Below, in pieces: positions 10,120-21,286 of a stretch of DNA of 64,000 bases (position 1 is the first letter of the stretch; each line of letters opens with the position of its first letter). The position numbers and the translations under genes were made by a program. This stretch comes from an uncultured delta proteobacterium (GTDB lineage: Bacteria > Desulfobacterota > Binatia > UBA9968). The stretch spans positions 64,001-128,000 of the forward strand of contig CAVSLC010000005.1 in assembly GCA_963728565.1 (NCBI GenBank), given 5' to 3'. The notes below the pieces were generated by a model. The model searched no databases and had not been told where the DNA came from. It was given only the letters and a program-made list of their open reading frames with translations.

Positions 10120-11210
10120 GAGATGCGCTGGCGGTTGATAAATGGATTTTCTTCTCGGTTGTCGCGCTGATGGCGCTGGGGCTGACGATGGTCCTCAGCA
10201 CCAGCTATCTTTATGCTCAGGAGCGATTTGGTGACGGCATCTATTTCTTTCGCAAGCAGTTGATCGCCATGGGCGCTGGCCTGGTTGCCTTGGTCATCGG
10301 ATCGCTTATTCCGCCGGCGTTGTTGCGCCGTCTCGCCTATCCCTTGCTGGCAGTGACTCTTATTGTCTTGATTCTGGTTTTGATTCCAGGGGTCGGCGCT
10401 ATGCGCGGCGGCGCCCGACGCTGGCTGACGCTCCCAGGTTTCGCATTTCAGCCGGGGGAGCTGGCAAAGCTCGCCCTGGTTTTTTATCTGGCCCATTCAA
10501 TGGCGCGCAAGCAAGAAAAGATCAAAACCTTCGCCGTTGGTGTCCTGCCGCATCTGATTGTCGCCGGCGCTGTTCTCGGGCTTCTTTTGTTGCAGCCGGA
10601 TTTCGGCACGGCTTTGATTCTGACAGTCGTGCTCTATCTGCTGTTGTTCGTCGGCGGCGCGCGCATCCCGCATCTCTTAGGCACCGGTGCGTTGGCGCTT
10701 CCGGTGTTGGCTTATGTGATGTTGACCGCGGAATACCGTTTGCGCCGCTTGATGACTTTCATGGATCCGTGGCGCGACGCGTCCAGCAGTGGTTTCCAAG
10801 TCATTCAATCGCTCATCGCCTTCGGTTCCGGTCAGCTTTGGGGCCGGGGACTCGGGGAAAGCCGGCAAAAACTTTTTTATCTACCGGAGGCGCATACCGA
10901 TTTCGTGTATTCAGTCATTGGCGAGGAGATGGGGCTGCTTGGCGCGCTGGCTGTCTTGGCTCTTTTCGGCATCATTCTCATGCGCGGCCTGCGCCTGACG
11001 TCGAAAATCGAGGAGCCGTTCGAGCAGTATTTGGCCTTCGGCTTAACCGTCCTGTTGGGCATGCAAGGTCTGATTCACATGGGCGTGGTCATGGGGCTTA
11101 TGCCCACCAAGGGTCTGGTGTTGCCATTTATCAGTTATGGCGGGTCGGCCATTGTCGTCAATCTGGCGGAGGTGGGACTACTGCTGGGACTCTCGCGCAG
11201 GAGATTATAG
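10116..11210 (+). CDS. ftsW: SEDS family peptidoglycan polymerase FtsW
   Basis: GARRW, FQPGELAK, LQPDFGT, LPEAHTDF, PTKGLVLPFISYGGS. Confidence 0.96.
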   Translation: MRDALAVDKWIFFSVVALMALGLTMVLSTSYLYAQERFGDGIYFFRKQLIAMGAGLVALVIGSLIPPALLRRLAYPLLAVTLIVLILVLIPGVGAMRGGARRWLTLPGFAFQPGELAKLALVFYLAHSMARKQEKIKTFAVGVLPHLIVAGAVLGLLLLQPDFGTALILTVVLYLLLFVGGARIPHLLGTGALALPVLAYVMLTAEYRLRRLMTFMDPWRDASSSGFQVIQSLIAFGSGQLWGRGLGESRQKLFYLPEAHTDFVYSVIGEEMGLLGALAVLALFGIILMRGLRLTSKIEEPFEQYLAFGLTVLLGMQGLIHMGVVMGLMPTKGLVLPFISYGGSAIVVNLAEVGLLLGLSRRRL

Positions 11211-12278
11211 ATGCGCGTTATTTTGGCCGGCGGGGGAACCGGCGGTCATCTGTTCCCGGGGCTGGCGGTAGCCCGTGAGTTTCAACGACGTGATGCAATG
11301 ACGGAAATCTTGTTTGTCGGTACCGAAAGGGGGATCGAAGCGCGAGTGCTGCCGCATGAGGGCTTCCGTCTTGAAACGATAGATGTGAAAGGACTTAAAG
11401 GTCGGGGTGTTCGCGGCCTGTTGGACGCATTGTACGGGATTCCCGCCGGGCTCCTGCAATCGCTCGGAATCGTCAGGCGCTTTCGACCCGACTGCATTCT
11501 CGGCCTCGGCGGATATGCATCCGGACCGCTGCTGCTGGCGGCGAAGTTGCGGGGTATCCGCTGCGCTATCATGGAACAAAACCTTCAACCGGGCTTTACC
11601 AATAAGATGCTGGCGCGCTTTGTCGATAGGATTTTTACTTCATACCGCGAGACGGCCTGCTACTTGCCAAGCAAAAAGGTGCTCGAGACAGGAAATCCAG
11701 TGCGTTGGCAGAGGCTGCCGGATGCAGCCAAAGGTGAGAAGTTCACCCTGTTGATATTCGGCGGAAGCGCCGGCGCGCACCGCATCAATATGGCTGTCCT
11801 CGATGCGCTTGAGCAGATGACGGAGTTGGCGTCGCAGCTCCGAATTGTTCATCAGACTGGCGCCGCGGATTTTTCCGCAATCAGCAAAGCCTATCAAGCT
11901 TTACCGTTTGACGCGGAGGCGCTGCCGTTTATCGACAGAATGGACGATGCTTATGCGCGCGCCGATCTCGTGCTGTGCCGAGCCGGCGCTACAACAGTGG
12001 CGGAGCTCACGGCGTTCGGCAAAGCGGCGATTCTAATCCCCTACCCATACGCGATTTATGATCACCAACGCTGGAATGCTCAAGCGCTCGCTGCCAAAGG
12101 AGCTGCCGAGGTGATTCTCGATCAGGAATTGAATGGCGCAGAACTGGCTGTGCGTCTGCGGGGTTATCTGGCGGATCGGAAAAAAATCGAAGCCATGGCA
12201 AGAGCGGCGCTCGCCATGGGCAGGCCGGAAGCCGCGGCGCGCATTGTCGATGAGTGTTACGCATTGGCGCAGGTTTAA
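11211..12278 (+). CDS. murG: lipid I GlcNAc transferase MurG
   Basis: GGGTGGHLFPG, GGYAS, EQN, GNPVR, GGSAGA, RAGATT, HQRWNA. Confidence 0.96.
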   Translation: MRVILAGGGTGGHLFPGLAVAREFQRRDAMTEILFVGTERGIEARVLPHEGFRLETIDVKGLKGRGVRGLLDALYGIPAGLLQSLGIVRRFRPDCILGLGGYASGPLLLAAKLRGIRCAIMEQNLQPGFTNKMLARFVDRIFTSYRETACYLPSKKVLETGNPVRWQRLPDAAKGEKFTLLIFGGSAGAHRINMAVLDALEQMTELASQLRIVHQTGAADFSAISKAYQALPFDAEALPFIDRMDDAYARADLVLCRAGATTVAELTAFGKAAILIPYPYAIYDHQRWNAQALAAKGAAEVILDQELNGAELAVRLRGYLADRKKIEAMARAALAMGRPEAAARIVDECYALAQV

Positions 12279-12294
12279 GAGTGATCAACGTTTC

Positions 12295-13665
12295 ATGTTG
12301 CACAAGAAGCATCGAGTTCATTTTGTCGGGATTGGCGGCATCGGCATGAGCGGCATCGCTGAGGTGCTCTTGAACTCAGGATACGTGGTGAGCGGTTCGG
12401 ATCTGCACGACAGCGAAGCGATCCGACGGCTGCGCAATCTGGGCGCGCAGATTTTCGTCGGCCATCAGGAAGAAAACTTGACAGTGAATCCTTCCGTGGT
12501 GGTGATCTCGACGGCGGTTAAGTACTCGAACCCGGAAGTACTGGAGGCGCGCCGCCGGCAGATCCCGGTAATTCCCAGAGCGGAAATGCTCGCCGAGTTG
12601 ATGCGCATGAAGTACGGCATCGCAGTGGCCGGCAGCCACGGAAAAACGACCACAACTTCGATGACGGCTGCGGTTTTGAGCCTTGCGGGGCTCGATCCGA
12701 CGATGGTCATCGGCGGCCGCGTTCATATGCTCGGCACCAACGCCAAGATGGGCCAAGGCGAGATCCTGGTTGCCGAAGCCGACGAGAGTGACGGCAGTTT
12801 CTTGCTGCTGACGCCGACCATCGCCGTCGTCACCAACATCGACCGCGAGCATATGGATTTTCACCAGACGATGGACCGACTGAATGAAAGTTTCCTGACA
12901 TTTGTCAACAAGGTTCCTTTCTACGGGCTGGCCGTGTTGTGTATCGATAATCCCAACGTGCGTGCCTTGTTCCCCAAGGTGCGCAAACGTTTCGCCACTT
13001 ACGGACTTTCGCCGGAGGCCGATTTTTCCGTTGAGGATTTGCAGATGAAAGCGGGTGGCGTGGAATTCACTGTACTGCATCACGGCAAATCACTGGGGCA
13101 GCTGAAATTGCAGCTTCCCGGGCGTTACAGCGCCACCAATGCGCTTGCCGCCGTCGCTGTCGCTCATGAGTTGGAGATCCCTTTTTGCCGTACTGCCGAG
13201 GCACTTGCGGCATTCAACGGCATCCATCGCCGTTTCGAGATTAAAGGGCAAATTCGCGATGTCCTGGTGATCGACGATTACGGCCATCACCCTGTGGAAG
13301 TGCGCGCGACCATTAGCGCGATTCGGGAAAGTTGGAAGCGCCCCTTGACCGTGATCTTTCAACCGCACCGCTACAGTCGGACCCAGGACCTCTTTGACGA
13401 CTTTCTGATGGCCTTCGAAGGCGCTGACCGTTTGGTCCTGACCGAAATTTACGGGGCCGGAGAGGATCCCATCCCGGGGGTTACCGGGGAAGCCCTCTAC
13501 CAGGCCATCAAGCGCCAGGGGCATATGGATGTTGAATTCATCGCCGACAAGACGAGCATTGCACCGCAATTGGCCGGGCAATTGGTGGCCGGGGATGTCG
13601 TCCTGACTCTGGGGGCCGGAGATATTTATAAAGTTGGAGAAAGCATCGTCGCGGCTTTGGCATGA
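12295..13665 (+). CDS. murC: UDP-MurNAc:L-Ala ligase
   Basis: HFVGIGGIGMSGIA, GSHGKTTTT, EADESDGSF, DDYGHHP, FQPHRYSRT; start placed at ATG 12295. Confidence 0.96.
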   Translation: MLHKKHRVHFVGIGGIGMSGIAEVLLNSGYVVSGSDLHDSEAIRRLRNLGAQIFVGHQEENLTVNPSVVVISTAVKYSNPEVLEARRRQIPVIPRAEMLAELMRMKYGIAVAGSHGKTTTTSMTAAVLSLAGLDPTMVIGGRVHMLGTNAKMGQGEILVAEADESDGSFLLLTPTIAVVTNIDREHMDFHQTMDRLNESFLTFVNKVPFYGLAVLCIDNPNVRALFPKVRKRFATYGLSPEADFSVEDLQMKAGGVEFTVLHHGKSLGQLKLQLPGRYSATNALAAVAVAHELEIPFCRTAEALAAFNGIHRRFEIKGQIRDVLVIDDYGHHPVEVRATISAIRESWKRPLTVIFQPHRYSRTQDLFDDFLMAFEGADRLVLTEIYGAGEDPIPGVTGEALYQAIKRQGHMDVEFIADKTSIAPQLAGQLVAGDVVLTLGAGDIYKVGESIVAALA

Positions 13666-13755
13666 ACGGCAACTAACGCCTCGGAAGCATAATCGGTTCG
13701 GGAGCTGTTTAAGATTGAAAGCTGCAGCGCATCGAAAGCTCTTGTGATGTTTGCA

Positions 13756-14707
13756 ATGAATCCGAACTCGCACGAAACAGGCTTGGTGCAGGAACTCCAA
13801 TCGATCTCCGGTCTGAGGGTTAAAGTTTCAGAACCGCTGGCCCGTTACACATCCATCAAAGTAGGCGGCCCGGCGGATTATTTCATCGATGTAGAAAGCG
13901 AAAGCGCTTTGGCGCAACTGCTGTCGTTGTTGAGCTTGCGGGGCATGCCGTTCTGTCTCCTGGGCAATGGCAGCAACGTGTTGATCAGCGATTTCGGTGT
14001 TGAAGGCGTGCTGATTCATCTGGTCGGCGATTTCAAACATGTCGAGTGGCACGAACAGGCAAACGAGTCATGGGTGGAAGCGGGCGCGGCCCAAGCGGTG
14101 ACGCAATTGGTGCGGCAGGCGGCCCGGCGCGGTTACGGCGGTCTGGAGTTCGCCGAGGGGATTCCGGGCAGCGTCGGAGGCGCGCTGGTCATGAACGCGG
14201 GAGCGTATGGGTCGGAATTCGAGAAAGTGGTCGACACTGTTTACGGTATGACGCGGCAAGGAAGTCCGCTTCAATTTAATCGAGAACAGATGAGATTCAC
14301 CTATCGTGACTCACATTTGCCACCAGGAACCGTTGTCACCCGCGTGCGTTTGTCCGTGCATCGGCAAGAATCGTCCAAAGTCAGCATGAAAGTTCGTGAG
14401 CTGGTGACCAAGAGAAAGAGCAGCCAACCTTCGGGTTACCCGAATTCCGGCTCAATGTTTCGCAATCCGGCGGACGATTACGCCGGGAGATTAGTCGAGG
14501 CTGCCGGGCTTAAAGGGAAACAAATCGGGCTGCGCACAAATTTCCCCAAAGCACGGCAATTTCATTGTCAATCTAGGCGGCGCCAGCGCTGACGATGTGC
14601 GTCGACTGATGGAGCTGGCGCGCGCTGAAGTTGCTGCGCAGTTCGGCGTTGTCTTAAATCCCGAAGTGAAGCTGATCGGCAGGTGGCCGTCGGCCAAAGC
14701 GGAGTAA
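13756..14707 (+). CDS. murB: UDP-N-acetylenolpyruvoylglucosamine reductase (apparent extra base near 14528)
   Basis: GGPAD, GNGSNVL, GIPGSVGGALVMNAGAYG, SGSMFRNP; removing one G from GGG at ~14528 restores AQISPKHGNFIVNLGGA...LNPEVKLIG with stop at 14705-14707. Confidence 0.92.
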
Positions 14708-14712
14708 ACGCG

Positions 14713-15528
14713 ATGCAGTTGGCAGTTTCTCGAAAAGACAATCGCAAAAAAGATAGATTTCCATGGCGCCGCCGGCTCGCGACCCTCGGGATTCTGGTGA
14801 TCTTCGCCGGCGCCGTTTGGATCCTGTATGGGTGGCGCGAACAGGTCGTTTCAGCGTCTGTGGCGGCGCGGCGGTTTATCTTCGAAAACCCTTACTTCGC
14901 CGTGCGCGAAATTCAAGTTCGAGGCGCCGACAAGGTGCGCGGCAATGAGATCATTTCCATCGCCGGATTGCGCCATGGGATGAATCTTTGGAACATCGAG
15001 CCGGAAAAAATCGAGAAGAAGGTTTCCAGGCATCCTTGGGTGCGGAGGGTATTGGTTCGGCGCGAATTCCCCCGCCGTGTTGTCATCGAAGTGGAGGAGC
15101 GTCGACCCAAGGCGATCGTGGCGGTCGGCAAACTTTACTATGTCGATGCCGATGGAGTTCTCTTTAAAGAAGTAGCGCAAGGAGAAAATGTCAGATTCCC
15201 CATGCTAACCGGCATTCGGACCGAAGAACTCGGATCGTCCGATCCCGCCGTAAAGCGAAGAATACAGGATGCCCTTCGACTGGGCGATCTGATGGCGAAG
15301 GATTCACACGCGCTGTCCGAGATCCACTTTGATGCGCCGGATCGTTTGGTGGTCTACACGATCGCTCATCCGGTGGCCATTCACATGGGGTGGGGCGATT
15401 GGGAAAGGAAGCTTCAACGTTTGGATCGCGTGATGACATTGTGGCGGGGAAAAGAGGAAAGGCTCGGCTCCTTGGATGTGAGTTTCCAGGACCAAGTGGT
15501 AACGCGGTTGCGGCGCCTGCCGCAGTAA
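14713..15528 (+). CDS. ftsQ: cell division protein FtsQ/DivIB
   Basis: Single TM then POTRA-like domain (FAVREIQVRG..HPWVRRVLVRREFPRRVVIEVEER); directly upstream of ftsA. Confidence 0.9.
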   Translation: MQLAVSRKDNRKKDRFPWRRRLATLGILVIFAGAVWILYGWREQVVSASVAARRFIFENPYFAVREIQVRGADKVRGNEIISIAGLRHGMNLWNIEPEKIEKKVSRHPWVRRVLVRREFPRRVVIEVEERRPKAIVAVGKLYYVDADGVLFKEVAQGENVRFPMLTGIRTEELGSSDPAVKRRIQDALRLGDLMAKDSHALSEIHFDAPDRLVVYTIAHPVAIHMGWGDWERKLQRLDRVMTLWRGKEERLGSLDVSFQDQVVTRLRRLPQ

Positions 15529-15553
15529 CGAAAGAAAATTCGGCAAGACAGGT

Positions 15554-16783
15554 ATGGCAAAGAAACACAGCATCATTGTGGGATTGGACATTGGTACGTC
15601 CAAGGTCTGCAGCGCCGTCGGTGAAATGACCGAGCATGGCGTGGAAATCATTGGAATCGGCTCTCATGGCTCCTCGGGGATGCGCAAGGGGGTTGTCATC
15701 AATATCGACAACACCGTGGCATCGATCAAGAAGGCTGTTGAAGAAGCGGCATTAATGGCCGGGTGTGAAATTAATACCGTTTTTACCGGGATCGCTGGAA
15801 GTCACATCAAAGCCTTCAACAGCCACGGCGTGGTTGCGGTCAAGACCCGAGAAGTCAGTCAGAGAGACCTGGACCGGGTGCTGGACGCGGCCAAAGCGGT
15901 GGCGATTCCAACCGATCAGGAGGTAGTCCATGTTTTGCCTCAGGATTACATTATCGACGATCAAGACGGTATCAAAGATCCACTGGGAATGTCCGGGGTT
16001 AGACTCGAAGCCAGAGTTCACATTGTCACCGGAGCGACTACAGCCATGCAAAATATCGTCAAGTGCTGTAACCGTTCGGGGCTTCATGTTGCCGACGTCG
16101 CATTGATGCCCTTGGCATGCGCGGATGCGGTACTCACCGATGACGAGAAGGATCTCGGTGTTGCCTTGGCGGATATGGGAAGCGGCACGACGGATATCAC
16201 GATTTTTCACGATGGCGCGGTCAAACACACAGCCGTTCTGCCGATCGGCGGGAATCATGTCACCAACGATATCGCCGCCGGTCTTAGAACTCCTTTCGCG
16301 GATGCGGAGCGCATCAAGTTGCGCTACGGCTGCGCCAAAGCATCCATGGTCGCTGAACAGGCGCGATTGGAAGTTCCCAGCTCTGCCGGTAAGCCGCAGC
16401 GGTCCGTCTCGCGGCAAATCTTGTGTGAGATCATTGAGCCGCGAATGGACGAGGTCTTTCAGTTGATCCGCAGGGAGATCCTGAAATCCGGCTACGAAGA
16501 CTATCTCGGCTCAGGTGTGGTGATGACGGGCGGATCGATGCTCCTGCCCGGAGCCCTCGAAGCGGCCGAAGTTGCCATCGGGTGCCCGGTACGGCTGGGA
16601 ACGCCGCGGCATGTCGGCGGTTTGGTCGACGTTATCGCAAATCCGGTTTACTCCAGCGCCATCGGCCTGGTTCTCTATGGCATCAAGCGTCAGGAGCGCA
16701 GTTTCTTCCGTGTGCGAGAGGATGCCACCATCCTAGCAAAGGTAAAGCATCGAATGTCGGATTGGCTCAGTGATTTTTTCTGA
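15554..16783 (+). CDS. ftsA: cell division protein FtsA
   Basis: [41 protein letters not shown] and C-terminal amphipathic helix ([10 protein letters not shown]). Confidence 0.96.
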   Translation: MAKKHSIIVGLDIGTSKVCSAVGEMTEHGVEIIGIGSHGSSGMRKGVVINIDNTVASIKKAVEEAALMAGCEINTVFTGIAGSHIKAFNSHGVVAVKTREVSQRDLDRVLDAAKAVAIPTDQEVVHVLPQDYIIDDQDGIKDPLGMSGVRLEARVHIVTGATTAMQNIVKCCNRSGLHVADVALMPLACADAVLTDDEKDLGVALADMGSGTTDITIFHDGAVKHTAVLPIGGNHVTNDIAAGLRTPFADAERIKLRYGCAKASMVAEQARLEVPSSAGKPQRSVSRQILCEIIEPRMDEVFQLIRREILKSGYEDYLGSGVVMTGGSMLLPGALEAAEVAIGCPVRLGTPRHVGGLVDVIANPVYSSAIGLVLYGIKRQERSFFRVREDATILAKVKHRMSDWLSDFF

Positions 16784-16827
16784 AACAGCAACAGATCTTA
16801 TTAACGGTATTAGAAGGAGGAAGGCTT

Positions 16828-18093
16828 ATGTTTGAATTTGTCGAGGAGTTTAATCTGAACGCCCGTATCAAGGTCATCGGCATCGGTGGCGGCGGTGGTA
16901 ATGCGGTGAACACGATGATTGGCGGTAAGCTGAACGGCGTCGAGTTTTTGGTGGCAAACACCGACGCGCAATCGCTGGATGCCAGTCGCGCACCCGTACG
17001 AATCCAGCTGGGTGGGGCGGTGACCAAAGGACTTGGAGCCGGCGCCAATCCCGAAATCGGCCGGCGCGCGGCTTTGGAGGATCAGGAGACCATCAAAGAG
17101 TACTTAGCCGGTTCCGATATGATTTTTATCACCGCCGGCATGGGTGGTGGAACGGGAACCGGAGGGGCGCCGGTGATCGCCAGGGTCGCGCGAGAAGTCG
17201 GCGCGTTGACTGTGGGTGTGGTCACGAAGCCCTTCATATTCGAAGGTAAGAAGCGGATGCGGCAGGCAGAAGAGGGCATCGCAGAGCTCAAGAGCAGCGT
17301 CGACACCCTGATCGTTATCCCAAATCAAAGGTTGCTGAGCATCGCCGCCAAAACAACAACGATGTTGGAAGCGTTCCATAAGGCGGACGAAGTGCTGCTT
17401 CAAGCAGTCAGAGGGATCTCTGATCTGATCATCACGCCGGGCTTGATCAATCTTGATTTCGCCGATGTCAGGACGGTCATGGCGGAGATGGGCTTGGCGC
17501 TAATGGGCGCTTCAACCGCCACCGGGGAGAATCGCGCTATCGAAGCGGCGCAGCGAGCAATATCGAGTCCGCTGCTCGAAGACATTTCGATTCAAGGCGC
17601 GCGCGGCGTTCTGATCAACATCACCGGCGGGCCCGATCTCTGTCTGCATGAAGTGAACGAGGCGGCTTCAATGATTCAGGAAGAGGCTCACGATGAGGCG
17701 AATATCATTTTCGGCGCGGTTATAGACGAAACCATGCTTGATGAAATCCGCATCACGGTGATTGCAACGGGTTTTGGAGAAGGCAAGGACGACCGCAAAC
17801 CGGTTATCACAAGTTCCGGCCATGTCTCTTCCATGAACGCCTTGAACACCATGAATCACGTGGCCAACAGTGTGCCTAGTGCGGCAAACGTCAATCCGAT
17901 CAAGAATAAGAAAGTCGTGCATCTCGGGACAATCGTTGACGATCTCGACGCGCCCACATGGCAGCGCAAGAAGCCCGGCAGCGAGGAAGTAGAAACGGTG
18001 ACGCTGAGCAAGAGCACTTTGCAGTTGAGCACCGGGCAAGAGGAAGATGACAAGTATGACATTCCGACGTTTTTGAGACGGCAGATGGACTGA
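16828..18093 (+). CDS. ftsZ: cell division GTPase FtsZ
   Basis: GGGGGNAVN, tubulin motif GGGTGTG, NLDFADV, C-terminal DIPTFLR. Confidence 0.98.
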   Translation: MFEFVEEFNLNARIKVIGIGGGGGNAVNTMIGGKLNGVEFLVANTDAQSLDASRAPVRIQLGGAVTKGLGAGANPEIGRRAALEDQETIKEYLAGSDMIFITAGMGGGTGTGGAPVIARVAREVGALTVGVVTKPFIFEGKKRMRQAEEGIAELKSSVDTLIVIPNQRLLSIAAKTTTMLEAFHKADEVLLQAVRGISDLIITPGLINLDFADVRTVMAEMGLALMGASTATGENRAIEAAQRAISSPLLEDISIQGARGVLINITGGPDLCLHEVNEAASMIQEEAHDEANIIFGAVIDETMLDEIRITVIATGFGEGKDDRKPVITSSGHVSSMNALNTMNHVANSVPSAANVNPIKNKKVVHLGTIVDDLDAPTWQRKKPGSEEVETVTLSKSTLQLSTGQEEDDKYDIPTFLRRQMD

Positions 18094-18113
18094 ACGGGAT
18101 CCATTTCGTAGGG

Positions 18114-18213
18114 CCGTTACAAGCTAAGTTCTAATCTCCTATGATGCGGTTCCGCTCGGCGAATGGATATTTTTCCGATCTCGAGCGGCATCCGGTGAAC
18201 GCCTTGTAACTGG
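18114..18213. other. long imperfect hairpin between convergent ftsZ and ddl
   Basis: Nested complementary blocks GTTACAAG(18116-23)/CTTGTAAC(18203-10), GTTC/GAAC, GATGC/GCATC, CCGCTCG(18152-58)/CGAGCGG(18182-88). Confidence 0.45.
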
Positions 18214-18388
18214 ACGGGCGCTGTGTGGGGACGTTGCAGTGATAAAGTCCGACACTTAAAAATGTGCCGGTTCTCGCGGGTGCTCTCGCGTTGGCAGGAA
18301 CTTCTCAGCGTTTCTGACACTTGGTCTTGAAACATTGAATGCGCGGCGGCCGATCTCGCCGAGCGCTTTACCGCGCTGGTTGGTTGAT

Positions 18389-19474
18389 TTAGACGCTGGT
18401 TCGAAGACGTTGCTCCCGCCGGAAACGCTGCAGAGCAAGTTGGATGAGCCGGTCGATCAGCTTGGGGTAGGGAATCCCGCTTGCTTCCCACATCTTCGGA
18501 TACATACTTATTTGCGTGAAACCAGGGATTGTGTTGATCTCGTTGACCAGAACCTGACCGTCGTTCTTAACGAAAAAATCGACCCGCGCCATTCCTTCGC
18601 AGCACAGTGTTTTGTAGGTGGTAATTGCGATCTCCTGGACGGATTTGACGGTCGCTCTGGGTAATTTGGCGGGGATCTCCAAGCGCGACCCCTGGTCGTC
18701 GATATATTTTGCTTCATAGGAATAAAAATTATGACCCGTGACGATCTCTCCCGGCAACGATGCGATCGGATCATCGTTACCCAAAACCGAACATTCGATC
18801 TCGCGACCTTCGATGAATTCTTCGATCAGGATTTTATTGTCAAAGCGGAATGCTTTCTTTACTGCTGCTTCCAGTTCCGGCCTGCTCGCTACTTTGCTGA
18901 TTCCAACGGACGAGCCGAGATTGGCGGGTTTGACGAACAGCGGCTGGCCGAGCGTTTTTTTGATGCGGGAAAATTGGATCCGATCCGCGGTACTGCGGTC
19001 ATAGGCATGAAATCGGCCGACCGGGATGCTCGCATCGCGGAGCAGCCGCTTCATGACATCTTTATCCATGCCGATTGCGGATCCCAGGACGCTTGCTCCG
19101 ACAAACGGCAGGTTGGCCAGCTTGAGCAGGCCCTGAACCGTTCCGTCTTCGCCGAAAGGGCCGTGAAGGACCGGAAACACGACGTCGACCCCCAGACTAG
19201 CACCGCCCAGTGGAACTAAACTGGATTGTTTAGCGCCCGGCAAAATCGCGGTCAACTGCGAATCATCAAATGGCATGACTCGCTTCTGCCCGTTACGCAA
19301 CAGACGAGCGCCTTTGTCGTAGGACCAACGGCCTTGATTGTCGATGCCGATGGCGATGACCTCATACTTGCTCTTATCCATTGCCGCGACGATATTGCGC
19401 GCAGAAATTAGCGAAATTTCGTGCTCGGCAGATCGGCCGCCGAAGAGAATGGCAACCCGCAACTTATTTTTCAT
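18389..19474 (-). CDS. ddl: D-alanine--D-alanine ligase
   Basis: GGRSAEHEISL, PVLHGPFGEDG, KPANLGSSVG, YSYEAKY, RVDFF, NEINTIPGFT..SMYP. Confidence 0.96.
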   Translation of the reverse strand: MKNKLRVAILFGGRSAEHEISLISARNIVAAMDKSKYEVIAIGIDNQGRWSYDKGARLLRNGQKRVMPFDDSQLTAILPGAKQSSLVPLGGASLGVDVVFPVLHGPFGEDGTVQGLLKLANLPFVGASVLGSAIGMDKDVMKRLLRDASIPVGRFHAYDRSTADRIQFSRIKKTLGQPLFVKPANLGSSVGISKVASRPELEAAVKKAFRFDNKILIEEFIEGREIECSVLGNDDPIASLPGEIVTGHNFYSYEAKYIDDQGSRLEIPAKLPRATVKSVQEIAITTYKTLCCEGMARVDFFVKNDGQVLVNEINTIPGFTQISMYPKMWEASGIPYPKLIDRLIQLALQRFRREQRLRTSV

Positions 19475-19541
19475 GAAGAATTAGGTGCAGAAGCGAGCCC
19501 CACTATGTGACCCGCATCGACGTGATGGAAAGCTGGACGAC

Positions 19542-20720
19542 TTATGACTTTTTAGCTTGGGGGGCCTGCTGCTCGATGACTTTGACCACTTTCCCGGGAT
19601 AGTTTCTCTTCTCGAATTGAAGGACAAAGTACTTGGCTTTCACGGGGTCGCCTTTGTTGTCGAAACTAATCTCACCGGTTACGCCTCTGAAATTCTTGAG
19701 CTTTCGAACCGCCGCAGAAACTTCCCCACGACTGGGTTTTTTCCCGCCGTTTGTTTTAAGCGTTTGTTCTACCGCCTTGATGCCGACTTGCGCCGCGTCA
19801 TATCCGTACATCGCGAAGGATTCGACTTCTTTGCCGAAGCGCTGCTTGAACTTCTTGGCGAAAGCGGCAGTCTCCGGATAGGCGTCCGGCGGCCCGGCGA
19901 CGGTTGTATAGTAGGATCCGGTTACATGCTGGCCGGCGATCTTAACCATCTCCGAGGAATCCAAACCATCAGGTCCCATGAACGCCGCCTTAACTCCCTT
20001 TTCGCGCATCTGTTTTAGCAGCAACCCACCCTGATGATAGATGCCACCGAAGTAGACCAAGTCCGGATTTTTCGCTTTCAATGGAATAATCATAGGGGCA
20101 AAATTCGCCCGCTCTTCAGTGCCGTCATAACCCAAGACGCTGAGCCCTAGTTTCTTTGCTTCGTTGCGGAAGTTGTCCGCTACGCCTTGCCCATAAAGGG
20201 TTTTGTCATGGATGATATAAACCGATTTGAGTTTTAGGTCCTGGGCGGCAAAGCGGGCGCCGACGGGTCCCTGAACATCATCGCGGCCGCAAACGCGATT
20301 GACATTGGCATAGCCGCGATCGGTAATCTCAGTTGCCGTGTTGGCCGGCGAGATCATTGCCAACATCGCGTCTTTGTAGACTTCGGAGGCAGGCAGCGCG
20401 ACCCCAGAATTGAAGTGGCCTACCAGCACAAGGACATCGGGATCGGCGACCAGGTTTCTTGCGTTGGCGACGCCGACTTCTGGTTTGGCTTGGTCATCGT
20501 AGGGAACAAACACAAGGTCGTACCCCAACGACTTGAATGATTTTGCCGCTTCTTCAACCGCCAGCTGGGCACCGAGCTTGATGTGCTCGCCCAGAGCGGC
20601 TTGTTCACCGGAGAGTGGCGCTTGAACGGCAATTTTGATCGTGCCCTTCTGGGCTGTAGCGGGAACCGGAATGCTCAAGAGCAGCAAGAACAACAGCAGT
20701 AAAGTTCGACGGGGAATCAC
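19542..20720 (-). CDS. branched-chain amino acid ABC transporter substrate-binding protein (LivK/LivJ family)
   Basis: Signal peptide; APLSG, DDQ, VGHFNSG, HDKTLYGQG, GPDG, YGYDA, FDNKGD. Confidence 0.9.
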   Translation of the reverse strand: MIPRRTLLLLFLLLLSIPVPATAQKGTIKIAVQAPLSGEQAALGEHIKLGAQLAVEEAAKSFKSLGYDLVFVPYDDQAKPEVGVANARNLVADPDVLVLVGHFNSGVALPASEVYKDAMLAMISPANTATEITDRGYANVNRVCGRDDVQGPVGARFAAQDLKLKSVYIIHDKTLYGQGVADNFRNEAKKLGLSVLGYDGTEERANFAPMIIPLKAKNPDLVYFGGIYHQGGLLLKQMREKGVKAAFMGPDGLDSSEMVKIAGQHVTGSYYTTVAGPPDAYPETAAFAKKFKQRFGKEVESFAMYGYDAAQVGIKAVEQTLKTNGGKKPSRGEVSAAVRKLKNFRGVTGEISFDNKGDPVKAKYFVLQFEKRNYPGKVVKVIEQQAPQAKKS

Positions 20721-20745
20721 AATCGTGTGTCCCTCCTTTTGGCGA

Positions 20746-20774
20746 AATTTACGCGATCAACGTGCGCCAGTCAA
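20746..20774 (-). promoter_or_regulatory. putative sigma70 promoter of the LivK-family gene
   Basis: Minus strand TTGACT-N17-TAAATT just upstream of RBS AAGGAGG. Confidence 0.5.
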
Positions 20775-20847
20775 TGCGAATCTCGGTTCGCGTTCCGGGG
20801 GGTCGGTGATTGACACTGGAAGAGGAGCGGGGTTAGTTTCAAGTTCC

Positions 20848-21243
20848 ATGATTATCAGCGTTGGCATTGACTTGGTTGAAGTGGAACGGATTCGCGCAGC
20901 CTTGGAACACCCTCGGATCGGTGTTCGATTTCGCGAACGGGTCTATACGCCGCGGGAAATTGCTTATTGCGAGAGACGCCAACGAGGCCGCTTCCAAAGT
21001 TACGCCGGCCGTTTCGCCGCCAAGGAAGCCGTCATGAAGGCGCTGGGTCGGGGCTGGGGAGCGCAGGTGCGTTGGCTCGATATCGAAGTTGCTCGGGCCA
21101 GCAGCGGCAAACCTGATATCGTCCTGCATAGTAAAACTGCGCAGCTAGCGGAAAAGCTCGGAATCCAACACTGGGCATTGTCGATTACCCATACCGATCA
21201 ACACGGCATGGCGTATGTCATCGCTCAGGATGAGCGAAGCTAA
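20848..21243 (+). CDS. acpS: holo-[acyl-carrier-protein] synthase
   Basis: MIISVGIDLVEVERI, AGRFAAKEAVMKALG, GKP, LSITH; start placed at ATG 20848. Confidence 0.93.
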   Translation: MIISVGIDLVEVERIRAALEHPRIGVRFRERVYTPREIAYCERRQRGRFQSYAGRFAAKEAVMKALGRGWGAQVRWLDIEVARASSGKPDIVLHSKTAQLAEKLGIQHWALSITHTDQHGMAYVIAQDERS

Positions 21244-21286
21244 TCGAAAGCCACCGAAGAACCGGCAAGCGCAACCATCAGGGGCC

